Part shown: piece by piece, positions 7,943-17,269 of the stretch
Layout: each line of letters opens with the position of its first letter
How positions within the stretch are numbered: the first letter of the stretch is position 1
Assembly (NCBI GenBank): GCA_022703425.1
Contig: JAKLDQ010000004.1
Span: forward strand, 1-45,023
Length of the DNA stretch: 45,023 bases
Source: Patescibacteria group bacterium
GTDB lineage: Bacteria; Patescibacteriota; Minisyncoccia; Minisyncoccales; Staskawiczbacteraceae
Direction: 5' to 3'
Notes under the pieces: generated by a model
The model's database searches: none
Told to the model about the DNA's origin: nothing
What the model saw: only the letters and a program-made list of their open reading frames with translations
Position numbers and translations under genes: made by a program

Positions 7943-9973
7943 TTATACTAAGAAAGCTACAATAAGCAGTGCAACAATGTTTAAAACCTTAATCATCGGG
8001 TTTATTGCAGGTCCTGCTGTGTCTTTGTAAGGATCACCCACTGTATCTCCTGTCACTGCGGCCTGGTGAGCAAATGAACCCTTGCCTCCGTGAGCTCCTG
8101 TTTCAATATATTTCTTTGCGTTGTCCCATGCAGCTCCGCCTGTCGTCATAGAAATTCCAACAAACAATCCTGTAACAATGCTTCCGATTAAAAGTCCGCC
8201 CAAAGCTGCCGGACCGAGGATAAATCCAACCAATACCGGAGCCAGAACCGGAATCAGTGCGGGCAAAAGCATTTCTTTGATTGCCGCTTTTGTCACGATA
8301 TCAACGCACTTTCCGTATTCGGGCTTGCCTGTGCCTTCCATCAAGCCGGGAATCTGTTTGAACTGCCTTCTTACTTCTTCAACAACTTTTCCTGCTGTCT
8401 TTCCGACTGCCGACATTGCGTATGAGGCAAAAAGATATGGAAGAAGTCCGCCGATTAAAAGACCGGCAATAACTTTCGGATCATCCAAAACAAAATTTAC
8501 TGTATTGTGAACTCCCGTTAAATCAAGCAACTGTTGTGAGTATGCAGAAAACAAAACCAATGCCGCCAGTCCGGCTGATGCGATTGCATAGCCTTTTGTG
8601 ACTGCCTTTGTTGTGTTTCCGACTGCATCCAGTGCATCTGTAATTTTTCTGACATCCTCTGGCATTCCAGACATTTCTGCAATTCCTCCGGCGTTGTCTG
8701 TGATAGGGCCGTATGCGTCAACTCCGACGACAATTCCCGAAATTGAAAGCATTGCCATTACTGCAAGCGCCACGCCGTAAATTCCTGCCAACCAGAAGCT
8801 GACAATTGTTGCAAGAGCGATTAATAATACCGGATATGCAGTAGACTGCATTCCAATTGCCAATCCCCTGATTATATTTGTTGCATGTCCTGTTTCAGAG
8901 GCTTTTGCAATATCTTTTACAGGCTTATAACCTTTTGATGTGTAATATTCTGTAATAACGAACATTCCGGCGGCCACTGCCAATCCAACCAAGCATGAGA
9001 GATAAAGTTTCATTACCGAAATATCCTGCTCTGCCATTGTATTTGCAATCAAAGGATAAAATGCGACTGCAGATAATATAACTGCAACAGCCAGTCCTTT
9101 GTACATTGCGCCCATTATGGATTTTTTCGGTCCGAGTTTTACAAAGTAGCTTCCGATAATTGAAGTTAAAATTGAAACCGCTCCGATCAACAAAGGCAGA
9201 AAAACGAACTCGGGACTTGTGGGGTAAAGCAAAGCTCCCAAAATCATCGTGGCAACTGTCGATACTGCGTATGTTTCAAAAATATCTGCTGCCATTCCTG
9301 CGCAGTCTCCAACGTTATCGCCAACCTGGTCTGCAATAACTGCAGGGTTCCTTGGATCGTCTTCGGGAATTCCCTTTTCAACTTTTCCGACCAAATCGGC
9401 TCCCACATCTGCCGCCTTTGTGTAAATGCCTCCGCCGACTCTGGCGAAAACCGAAATCAATGATGCTCCAAATCCCAGAGCAACTAAAGCATTAATGTCT
9501 CTTGTTATCAAATAAAAGCTGGATACGGCCAAAAGCCCCAGGCTCACAACCAATAATCCTGTTACCAATCCGCCCTTGAACGAAAGATCCAGCGCCTGTG
9601 CCAGTCCTTTTTTGGCAGATTCTGCGACTCTTGTGTTCGCCTGTGTTGAAACAAGCATTCCGATAAATCCGGAAACTCCGGAAAGAACTGCGCCGATTAA
9701 AAATCCTATTGCCATTTCAAATCCGGCGGAAAATCCGTTTACTCCTCCCTGATACCAGAAGAAACCCCAGATCAGAAAGAACAATACAATCGCGACAATT
9801 CCGATTGTCTTATACTGCCTTTTCAGATAAGAGACTGCGCCCTCCTGAACGGCTTTTGTTATCTGCACTGCTTTGTCTTTTGCAACCGGCTCTTTTCTGA
9901 TTTTCATAATCAGATAGACGACGAATGCAATCGCAAACAGCGAAACAATAATCGGAGAATATATGGATAACAT
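7943..9973 (-). CDS. hppA: Membrane-bound proton-translocating pyrophosphatase, predicted K+-independent
   Basis: [33 protein letters not shown] and [14 protein letters not shown] motifs; GNTTKA (Lys) signature. Confidence 0.95.
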   Translation of the reverse strand: MLSIYSPIIVSLFAIAFVVYLIMKIRKEPVAKDKAVQITKAVQEGAVSYLKRQYKTIGIVAIVLFFLIWGFFWYQGGVNGFSAGFEMAIGFLIGAVLSGVSGFIGMLVSTQANTRVAESAKKGLAQALDLSFKGGLVTGLLVVSLGLLAVSSFYLITRDINALVALGFGASLISVFARVGGGIYTKAADVGADLVGKVEKGIPEDDPRNPAVIADQVGDNVGDCAGMAADIFETYAVSTVATMILGALLYPTSPEFVFLPLLIGAVSILTSIIGSYFVKLGPKKSIMGAMYKGLAVAVILSAVAFYPLIANTMAEQDISVMKLYLSCLVGLAVAAGMFVITEYYTSKGYKPVKDIAKASETGHATNIIRGLAIGMQSTAYPVLLIALATIVSFWLAGIYGVALAVMAMLSISGIVVGVDAYGPITDNAGGIAEMSGMPEDVRKITDALDAVGNTTKAVTKGYAIASAGLAALVLFSAYSQQLLDLTGVHNTVNFVLDDPKVIAGLLIGGLLPYLFASYAMSAVGKTAGKVVEEVRRQFKQIPGLMEGTGKPEYGKCVDIVTKAAIKEMLLPALIPVLAPVLVGFILGPAALGGLLIGSIVTGLFVGISMTTGGAAWDNAKKYIETGAHGGKGSFAHQAAVTGDTVGDPYKDTAGPAINPMIKVLNIVALLIVAFLV

Positions 9974-10064
9974 ATAAATTTAATTCAAAATCCAAAAGTC
10001 AAAAATCAAAAGTGATTGTTGAAATTCAAACTTTGAAATTAAATATATTTATTAATTTTTATTA

Positions 10065-11342
10065 TTATTTTTCTTCTGCTGGAGATTCTTCAGATTCTTC
10101 GGGCGACTCTTCTGATTTTTCAGATTCTTCTTTTTTAGACTTTTTTGCCTTGCGCTTGGGTTTTTCCTCTTTTGATTCACTGCCCTCTTCGCCAGATTCT
10201 TCTTCTGCCGGCTTTTCAGATGTTTTAATATCTATTTTCCATCCGGTCAAGTTTGCCGCCAGCCTTACGTTTCTGCCGTCTTTTCCGATTGCAAGCGAAA
10301 GCTGGTCTTCGGGAACGAAAACAACAGCAGTATTTTTATCTTCGATTTTAACTTCGGCAATTTTTGCGGGCGCCAAAGCATTGGCGATAAACTTCTGCGG
10401 ATCCTGCTGCCATTCTATTACATCAATTTTTTCTCCGCCAAGCTCGTTTATTACAGCCATAATTCTTGTGCCTCTCTGTCCGACACAGCTTCCGATAGGA
10501 TCGATTCCTTCCTCAGTTGAAGAAACCGCAATTTTTGTCCTGAAACCGGGCTCTCTGGCAATTGATTTTATCACAACAGTGCCTGCGGCAATTTCGGGAA
10601 CTTCGAGTTCAAATAACTTTGAAATTAATTTCGGATATGCGCGTGAAAGCATCACAACAGAACCCTTTGGGGTTTCGTCGACTTTCAGCATATAGAATTT
10701 TAATCTTTGCGCGGGCCTGTAAAATTCACCAGGAATCTGTTCTTCCCTGCTTAAAATTCCCAGTGTTTTGCCGATGTCAACGAATACTGTATGGCCTTCG
10801 ATTCTCTGCACAATACCGGAGACAATTTCTCCTTCTTTTGATTTGTATTCTGAAGTAATTGTTTCTTTTTCTGCCTCCCTGATTTTTTGAAGAATAACCT
10901 GCTTTGCAGTCTGCGCTGCAATTCTCCCGTAATCCTGTTTTGGAGTTAAAGGTATTTCAAGCTCATCGCCAACTTTTATTTTGGGATCATCTTTTTTTGC
11001 GTCATCGAGCATTATGTGTTTTTCTTCATTGAAAACCACTTTTTTCTGTTCGCCTTCGGCGAATACGGGCTCTTCGGCCGGAAGCTGTTTATTTTCTTTC
11101 ATTTGTTCTATTTCCTCCTCTGTATAAAGCATCGATTTATCCACAACCAGCTTTATCTGCCAAAACTTAACATCGCCCGAAACCGGGTTGAATTGAGCTT
11201 TAATTTTCTGTCCTTTTTTTCCGTAATCTTTTTTGTAAGCAGTGGCAATTGCCGCCTCGATTGTTTCTATTACTTTTTCGGGAGAAATTCCTCTGGCTTC
11301 TGCAATCTGCCCTAATGCTGTTTTGAATGATTTTATATCCAT
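10065..11342 (-). CDS. nusA: Transcription termination/antitermination factor NusA
   Basis: GRIAAQTAKQVI, S1 domain, AREPGFRTKIAV, GSCVGQRGTRI, LSLAIGKDGRNVRLA; acidic low-complexity tail. Confidence 0.97.
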   Translation of the reverse strand: MDIKSFKTALGQIAEARGISPEKVIETIEAAIATAYKKDYGKKGQKIKAQFNPVSGDVKFWQIKLVVDKSMLYTEEEIEQMKENKQLPAEEPVFAEGEQKKVVFNEEKHIMLDDAKKDDPKIKVGDELEIPLTPKQDYGRIAAQTAKQVILQKIREAEKETITSEYKSKEGEIVSGIVQRIEGHTVFVDIGKTLGILSREEQIPGEFYRPAQRLKFYMLKVDETPKGSVVMLSRAYPKLISKLFELEVPEIAAGTVVIKSIAREPGFRTKIAVSSTEEGIDPIGSCVGQRGTRIMAVINELGGEKIDVIEWQQDPQKFIANALAPAKIAEVKIEDKNTAVVFVPEDQLSLAIGKDGRNVRLAANLTGWKIDIKTSEKPAEEESGEEGSESKEEKPKRKAKKSKKEESEKSEESPEESEESPAEEK

Positions 11343-11347
11343 TTTAT

Positions 11348-11373
11348 AAAAAATGCCCGTGGTCAGACGGACA
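11348..11373 (-). terminator. Terminator-like hairpin plus U6 inside the nusA 5' leader (candidate attenuator)
   Basis: Minus strand TGTCCGT-CTGACC-ACGGGCA-TTTTTT-ATAAA-ATG. Confidence 0.55.
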
Positions 11374-11400
11374 ATGTTAATTCCATAAATCTATTACGAT

Positions 11401-11429
11401 AGTTTAACAAAATTAAATAGGCATGTCAA
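11401..11429 (-). promoter_or_regulatory. Sigma70-type promoter of nusA
   Basis: Minus strand TTGACA, 17-bp spacer, TAAACT. Confidence 0.7.
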
Positions 11430-11457
11430 CCGTGAAAAAAAACAGAGCAAAGCTCTG

Positions 11458-12246
11458 TCATTTTGAGGAAATTGTTGTTTTTGGCGTGCTAACCATCTTG
11501 AGTTTTGCATAATCGTTTTGAAAAAACCATCTGTGCCACGAGTTACCAAGATCTTTCATTTTTTCAAAGCCATAATACTTTTTTGTCGCTTCTTCCCAAT
11601 TCTGCGTTTGCATTCCTTCGCTGATATAAGAAATAAAGTGCCTTTCACCCTTAAGCTTCACCAGATATTCGCACAAGGAATGCGAGCCCGCATAAAAGGG
11701 CATTATATCCCTTGGATATTCCTTCATCGTCATAATGTGGGCAAAAGCGAACGTGCGTTGCTGTATCAAAAATCTTCGAAGCATCCTGTTATGGATTTTT
11801 TGTTCGCGGACGCACTCTACATAAGTCGCACACCCTTCGTCCGCCCATCTTGGAACGGGTTTTTTGAAGTGGCAGGCAAGCACAATGTGCGCAATCTCGT
11901 GTGGAAGAACAGAGTCCAGAAGGCTTTCTTTCGGACCAACCAGTTCCATCCGAAAATTCCAAACGCCGCCAAACTGAAAGGCAAAAGAAGTATTTCCTCT
12001 CGGACCTGCGTTCGGATTAATTTTCAGATCCAGTATGCACGGAGAATTTAGATCAGCAACAACATACCCCAGCCATCTTTCAGAAATTTCTTTTCTGAGT
12101 TTTTCTGCAGCCTCTGCAAATTCTTTGCAGTCTTCTTGTTTTTCTGCGTACACAGCAAAGTTCACCGTTTGGCAATAACTTTGCTTTGGAGCGGGGATAA
12201 TAATGACAAGAAACAACGCTATTTTAAAAAGCGCAAGACTTTCCAC
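11458..12246 (-). CDS. Exported zinc metallopeptidase-like protein (peptidase MA-like/gluzincin)
   Basis: HEIAH (HExxH) followed by WADEG (third ligand Glu); N-terminal hydrophobic segment. A GTG start at 12246 is preferred over 12288 because AAGGGAGG lies 7 nt upstream. Confidence 0.75.
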   Translation of the reverse strand: MESLALFKIALFLVIIIPAPKQSYCQTVNFAVYAEKQEDCKEFAEAAEKLRKEISERWLGYVVADLNSPCILDLKINPNAGPRGNTSFAFQFGGVWNFRMELVGPKESLLDSVLPHEIAHIVLACHFKKPVPRWADEGCATYVECVREQKIHNRMLRRFLIQQRTFAFAHIMTMKEYPRDIMPFYAGSHSLCEYLVKLKGERHFISYISEGMQTQNWEEATKKYYGFEKMKDLGNSWHRWFFQNDYAKLKMVSTPKTTISSK

Positions 12247-12357
12247 AACATCGCCTCCCTTATGTTGTAAAAGATCTTTCCACAACAAGCATCCAACTGC
12301 TTGTTCTTAAAATAATTATGCAGTTTTAATAAAAAAAGTCTAATTAATAATTAGACT

Positions 12358-12753
12358 TTAGTCTCCGGATACTGCGTTTGAAAAATAATGAAGTTTTGCC
12401 TTTTTACTTTGGCTGTCGATCAATATTCCTGCAATATCAATCTGATACGGAAAATCTGAGGGGAATTTATTTTTTGAAAGCCAGATTTCTGCCAGCCGCC
12501 TCAATTTCCTCTGCTTTTTAGAATTGACATGCTGTTCTGGAAAAATTCCCTCTCTCTGCCCCAATAGCGCTTTTACCTCTATAAAATGTATCGTTTTGTC
12601 TGTCCTTGAAAACAGTTTACGTTTTTTTCTGGCAATTATGTCTATTTCTCCAAAGTTTATCCTATAGTTTTTACACAGTATTTTAAACCCCTTTTCAACA
12701 AGATATTCACAGGCAAGCTTTTCACCAAAATTTCCCAACTCTTTCGTATTCAT
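12358..12753 (-). CDS. yraN: YraN family (UPF0102) putative nuclease
   Basis: LGNFGEKLACEYL, GEIDIIA, FIEVK, HVNSKKQRKL. Confidence 0.9.
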   Translation of the reverse strand: MNTKELGNFGEKLACEYLVEKGFKILCKNYRINFGEIDIIARKKRKLFSRTDKTIHFIEVKALLGQREGIFPEQHVNSKKQRKLRRLAEIWLSKNKFPSDFPYQIDIAGILIDSQSKKAKLHYFSNAVSGD

Positions 12754-13088
12754 TTTTCATTTCCAAATAATCTGCTCCACCAGCTTTTTTTCTTTTCTTG
12801 TGTTTGCTCCTCTTTATTTATTTCAGTTTTTTTTGCTTTTTCCTGCATCTCTTCGGGGGTCATTCCCAAACTGTCTGCAAGATCTCTTCTGGCTTTTCTT
12901 AGCTTTTCCTCGAGTTTTTCTTTGGCTTCAAACGTTTTATCAAACTGCACAGTTCTCTGCCGTAGAATTTCCTGGTTTAGCCGGACTTCTTCCAAATTTT
13001 TTCTGTCCTGTGCTTCTTCGTGCGGATCTTTTTTTTGAATATCGTAAGTATCTTTTTCTTCTTTTGGCGCTTGTTCTATGTTTTTCAT
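12750..13088 (-). CDS. Hypothetical charged coiled-coil protein
   Basis: 112-aa E/K-rich ORF ending KKSWWSRLFGNEK; 4-bp overlap with the yraN start. Confidence 0.65.
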   Translation of the reverse strand: MKNIEQAPKEEKDTYDIQKKDPHEEAQDRKNLEEVRLNQEILRQRTVQFDKTFEAKEKLEEKLRKARRDLADSLGMTPEEMQEKAKKTEINKEEQTQEKKKSWWSRLFGNEK

Positions 13089-13122
13089 ATTTTTTCGATA
13101 TACGTAATTTTACCATACAAAC

Positions 13123-13149
13123 AAAAAGCCGGGAACTTCCCGGCTTTTT
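13123..13149. terminator. Bidirectional terminator-like palindrome with a 1-nt centre
   Basis: AAAAAGCCGGGAA-C-TTCCCGGCTTTTT adjacent to the stop at 13150. Confidence 0.8.
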
Positions 13150-14103
13150 TTATTTTTCATTCAGCGGGGGATATAACTGTTTATCAATTGTTTTCTCAAA
13201 ACAGTTTCTTCCTGCTGTATGGTCCCAATTTCTGAATACTGAGTACGGAGATGCATATTTTCCTTCATAACCTTCACCGGTTGATTTTCCCTCCTTGTTA
13301 AATGTTGCACATAGTTCAAATTTTAGCTGGCTTGAATCAATAATTCTGTATTCATATGGCTGTTTGCTTTGGGGATCGACGGGAACTTCATAGCCGGAAA
13401 TTGTATCTTTCAAATCAGCAAAAGAATTTGGCAAAGCTTCTTTTCTCTGCCAATAATTTACAATCTGAGCTTGGATTCCTTCAAGGTCGCCGATTTTTTG
13501 CTGGTCAAATTGCATCAATCTCGCAGTTTGAGGAGAGCCGACTATAAAGAAGGCACCAATTACTCCGATTAGAACAATAGCGCTTGTTCCCCATGCAAAG
13601 TATCTTGCAAGCTTTGTGGGGGTTTCCCGTCTGACATCGTCCAAATAGTATCCAAACACCAGTCCGGCAACCAGAAGTACCGAAAGCGCTTTCAAAATAA
13701 ATCTAGCGGTAATCTCTCCGCCCAAAAACATATTAATTGTTATAATCAAGTCGCCGATAATCACCAACGAAGCAATAAAAAGGGTCAAATAAATGAGCCA
13801 TTTTCTGATTTTTGATTCCCTAACAGCATATTCGCGCGAGTAAATTTTATTTAAATACCAAGAAACGAGAATAAAAACCGGAAAGACGATAAAAAGCGAA
13901 GAAACAGCAAATCTGATTGCTTCGTTTCCGGCATAATATCTGTTTAGCGCGTCAGGGAAAAATTTGTTTATATACTGCCACATCAATGTGACAAAACTTA
14001 CTGCAGACCAGTAAAGGGTAACAATTGCCAAAAGATGCAAAAATAAATCTCTTGGAATGTTTCTTTTGGTTTCTGGCCCGTTTGCCGATTCAAAATTTTC
14101 CAT
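13150..14103 (-). CDS. DUF5671-like multi-TM protein with a C-terminal pseudopilin-like domain
   Basis: Five hydrophobic helices, KWLIYLTLFIA motif, then DQQKIGDL...LPNSFADL...PVDPQSKQPYEY...FELCATF. Confidence 0.65.
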   Translation of the reverse strand: MENFESANGPETKRNIPRDLFLHLLAIVTLYWSAVSFVTLMWQYINKFFPDALNRYYAGNEAIRFAVSSLFIVFPVFILVSWYLNKIYSREYAVRESKIRKWLIYLTLFIASLVIIGDLIITINMFLGGEITARFILKALSVLLVAGLVFGYYLDDVRRETPTKLARYFAWGTSAIVLIGVIGAFFIVGSPQTARLMQFDQQKIGDLEGIQAQIVNYWQRKEALPNSFADLKDTISGYEVPVDPQSKQPYEYRIIDSSQLKFELCATFNKEGKSTGEGYEGKYASPYSVFRNWDHTAGRNCFEKTIDKQLYPPLNEK

Positions 14104-14109
14104 AAATTT

Positions 14110-14427
14110 TTATTTATTAATATTTCTTTTTTTAATTTCGGCGGTTATAAATCCGACAAGTCCGCCGATTATAAACCAAAAAATAAGCGAAATTACCATC
14201 TGCAGATATACATTACTGAGAAAACTGCCCTCACCCCAATTTATTATTCTGCTTAAAGCCAAAATTGGAAATGAAACAACCGCCAGCAAGGGCATAAAAA
14301 CAAACCAGAGTTTTTCAAATATAGGCCACGGCGTTAGCACAACAAGCAAAATGCCAATGAGCGCGGCAATCGTCGTGATTACCCCTGTTTTAAGCCATAA
14401 TGGCCAGTTTTTATAAAATTTGTTCAT
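14110..14427 (-). CDS. Hypothetical membrane protein (3 TM)
   Basis: 105 aa, three hydrophobic stretches, co-oriented and tightly packed in the operon. Confidence 0.65.
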   Translation of the reverse strand: MNKFYKNWPLWLKTGVITTIAALIGILLVVLTPWPIFEKLWFVFMPLLAVVSFPILALSRIINWGEGSFLSNVYLQMVISLIFWFIIGGLVGFITAEIKKRNINK

Positions 14428-14848
14428 GTTTTTTTGTTATATAAATTTTAATCGGTTCAATTGTAGTCTGTGTTATATTTTCCGGCAAAGCTGAAAAATT
14501 AAACCATTTTATTTCTTCGTGCTTTTCCGGTTCTAAGTTTTTTGGCTCTCCCTTCGTGATTTTTGCAAGATAATTAAAAGCAATCCAGTGCTGCTTTTCT
14601 GATTCGATAATATGATTTGTATAACCTAAAAAATCCGTCAGCGTAATTTCAACTCCCAGCTCCTCTAAAATTTCCCTTTTGACTGCATCCTCAACTTTTT
14701 CGCCGAATTCAACGCCTCCGCCAGGTTTTGACCAAAAACCAGCTTCGTTTCTCGATTTTCCGGTTCTTTTTAAAAGGAGAACTTCATTTTTATCATTTAC
14801 TATCAGCGCTCCGCACCCAACTCCGATGTAATCGCTTCCCTTTTTCAT
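14411..14848 (-). CDS. NUDIX hydrolase
   Basis: Complete Nudix box GGVEFGEKVEDAVKREILEELGV. Confidence 0.93.
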   Translation of the reverse strand: MKKGSDYIGVGCGALIVNDKNEVLLLKRTGKSRNEAGFWSKPGGGVEFGEKVEDAVKREILEELGVEITLTDFLGYTNHIIESEKQHWIAFNYLAKITKGEPKNLEPEKHEEIKWFNFSALPENITQTTIEPIKIYITKKHEQIL

Positions 14849-14865
14849 GTTATTTCAGTATACAT

Positions 14866-15174
14866 TTATTTTGCTAAAACAAGAAGAAAACTCGTATTTT
14901 CTTCGGCTTTCAGCTTATGTACCATATTTTCTCCCATTGTAATTAAAACACCGGGAAGCATTTTGATTTCTTTTCCCTCCAGCGTGAAAATTCCATTGCC
15001 TTCGATAACATAAACAAAACCTTTTTTTGTTGAAGTGTGTTCTGATATTTCTGTTCCTTCTGCCATTGAAAATAAAGTTATGTCCAAATTTTCATCTTTC
15101 GAAATAACTTTGCTTAAAACTCCGCTTTCTGAATATGCTATCAAATCTTTTATATTTAAATTCTTTTCCTCCAT
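14866..15174 (-). CDS. Cupin domain protein
   Basis: ITLFSMAEGTEISEHT...YVIEGNGIFT...HKLKA cupin motifs. Confidence 0.88.
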   Translation of the reverse strand: MEEKNLNIKDLIAYSESGVLSKVISKDENLDITLFSMAEGTEISEHTSTKKGFVYVIEGNGIFTLEGKEIKMLPGVLITMGENMVHKLKAEENTSFLLVLAK

Positions 15175-15177
15175 GTG

Positions 15178-17052
15178 TTAAAAACTGGTTAATTTTGCCT
15201 GTATCTCGCCTCCACCATTTGTTCCATTGTTTTTATCCTTTTCATCGATTGCCGGCTCTTCTTCTGCTTGAGGTAAAAATCCGCCTGCTTGAAGCTTCCA
15301 CAGTTTTGCATATAAGCTTCCCTTTTTTGCCAGTAAATCCTTATGGCTTCCTTGCTCAATAATTTTTCCCTCCTCTATTACAATTATTCTGTCCATTTTT
15401 TGAATAGTTGAAAGCCGGTGAGCGATTACAATCGTTGTTCTGCCAGCCATTAAATTTTTTAACGCATCTTGAATAAGCATTTCTGAATGAGAATCTAAGC
15501 TTGAAGTCGCCTCATCCAAAACAAGTATCGGAGCATTTTTTAAAATCGCCCTCGCAATGGCAACTCTTTGTCTTTCTCCGCCGGATAATTTTACCCCCCG
15601 TTCCCCGACAAAAGTTTCCAGTCCATTTGGAAGATCTTTTATAAAATCATCGCAATGTGCAAGTTTGGCAGCATTTTCAATTTCTTTTTTCGTAGCATCG
15701 CGTTTCCCGTAAGCAATATTTTCGGCCAGTGTTCTGTGAAACAAAACTGGGTCTTGCGGAACCATTGCAATATTACGCCTCAGACTTTCTTGAGTAACAT
15801 CCGAAATATCCTGTTTGTCTATTAAAATTTTACCCTGAGTCGGATCGTAAAAACGCAAAAGCAATCTTACAAATGTCGTTTTTCCCGCACCCGAAGGACC
15901 GACAAGAGCTATTTTTTCACCAGATTTAATAACAAGATTAAGATCCCTTAAAACTTCTCTGGTCTGGCTAAAACTGAACCCCAAATTTTGAAACTCAATT
16001 TCGCCATTTTTAATTTCCAGGGTTTTGGCGACCGGAGAATCTTTTATTTCGTGGTTTAAAAGCAGAATCTCAACCATTTCTTTTGAATCTGCGTAGCTCT
16101 GGTAAACATCTCTGACGAGGCGCGTAAATCCCCACAGCTGGCTGATTATATTAATAATGTAGGCCTGAAGCATTACGAAAACTCCAACAGTAATCAAACC
16201 CTCCTGCCAGTATTTAATTGCATAAAAAAACAAAAGAAACTCGATTAAAAAGCTTAAGAACGCCTGAACTCCCTCGACAACAGCGTCAAGATTCCATGCA
16301 AAAGTAGTAACCTTTGCCTGTTCATTCGTCACCTTTTTATACCCCCTTGATTCGTGCAGATATCCCCCAAAAAGCTGGATCGTGTTTTGATTTCCTATTG
16401 TGTCTGCAAGATATCCGGTGGCTCTTGAATCAATTTCGGCGGCCTTGATATCATATTTCAGCTTCCATCTGGAGAACAGAACGTTAAAAAGGATAAAAAT
16501 AATGATCCAGACAAATATCACCAAATCAATCCACTTATTAATGAAGAAAACAACAACCAAAATTGAAACCACTCTTACGACCAGAGGCAACAGCGACCAA
16601 GCGATCTCATCCGTCATTCTTTCAAACGCTCGTGCGAATCTGTTTACTTTCTGAACCAGAGACCCGGCGAAGTTGTTTACAAAAAAAGAATAAGAGTGAA
16701 GCATCAGATGGTCGTATGCCTGTTGTTTTAAATTTGCCATTACTGATGGTTCAAGAGACGTGTTTGCAAAAGTTGCAATTCTATACAAAATCCAAAAAAC
16801 TCCGTTGAGACACGCAATATATAAAATAATTTTGAAAAGTTCTCCCGCGATTTGGTTTGGGTCTCCGCCTGCTGAAATCACGTCAAAAAATTGTTTATAA
16901 AAAATCGGCACAAGGATAATTGCGATGTTTGCCAGAACAATCGAACCGAACAAAGCAAAAAAGCTTCTCTTTTTGGGCCTTATTCCTTTCCAAAAAGCGC
17001 CCAAAACATCTTTGAGCCGGACCTGCGGATAAATAATGCTTCTTGAAGGCAT
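15178..17052 (-). CDS. ABC exporter, fused permease/ATP-binding protein (MsbA-like)
   Basis: N-terminal 6-TM domain; GPSGAGKT, LSGGERQR, LVLDEATSSLD, IAHRLST. Confidence 0.93.
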   Translation of the reverse strand: MPSRSIIYPQVRLKDVLGAFWKGIRPKKRSFFALFGSIVLANIAIILVPIFYKQFFDVISAGGDPNQIAGELFKIILYIACLNGVFWILYRIATFANTSLEPSVMANLKQQAYDHLMLHSYSFFVNNFAGSLVQKVNRFARAFERMTDEIAWSLLPLVVRVVSILVVVFFINKWIDLVIFVWIIIFILFNVLFSRWKLKYDIKAAEIDSRATGYLADTIGNQNTIQLFGGYLHESRGYKKVTNEQAKVTTFAWNLDAVVEGVQAFLSFLIEFLLFFYAIKYWQEGLITVGVFVMLQAYIINIISQLWGFTRLVRDVYQSYADSKEMVEILLLNHEIKDSPVAKTLEIKNGEIEFQNLGFSFSQTREVLRDLNLVIKSGEKIALVGPSGAGKTTFVRLLLRFYDPTQGKILIDKQDISDVTQESLRRNIAMVPQDPVLFHRTLAENIAYGKRDATKKEIENAAKLAHCDDFIKDLPNGLETFVGERGVKLSGGERQRVAIARAILKNAPILVLDEATSSLDSHSEMLIQDALKNLMAGRTTIVIAHRLSTIQKMDRIIVIEEGKIIEQGSHKDLLAKKGSLYAKLWKLQAGGFLPQAEEEPAIDEKDKNNGTNGGGEIQAKLTSF

Positions 17053-17092
17053 GATTTTTTAAAAAAATTTAATATTACAAGAAGCGGAATTG

Positions 17093-17163
17093 TGGACTTA
17101 GCGAGAGTCGAACTCGCGTCTCCGCAATGCGAATGCGGCGTACTACCACTGTACTATAAGCCC
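17093..17163 (-). tRNA. tRNA-Ala(CGC)
   Basis: G3:U70 identity pair, A73, anticodon arm CCGCA-TTCGCAT-TGCGG, T-loop TTCGACT. Confidence 0.93.
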
Positions 17164-17189
17164 TTTTGATAAATAATTAATGAACCTTG

Positions 17190-17260
17190 TCGGGGCGCTG
17201 GGAATTGAACCCAGTCTACACCCTCCCGAAGGGTGCGTACTGCCGGCATACTCCGCCCCG
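17190..17260 (-). tRNA. tRNA-Pro(CGG) with an atypical tertiary core
   Basis: C1:G72, A73, anticodon arm CACCC-TTCGGGA-GGGTG, T-loop TTCAATT; G at positions 8 and 14. Confidence 0.85.
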
Positions 17261-17269
17261 CATTTGGAT

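Noticed and set aside
10012-10695. 227-aa plus-strand ORF
   Set aside because: Antisense shadow of nusA; its S/F-rich composition mirrors the E/K codons on the coding strand.
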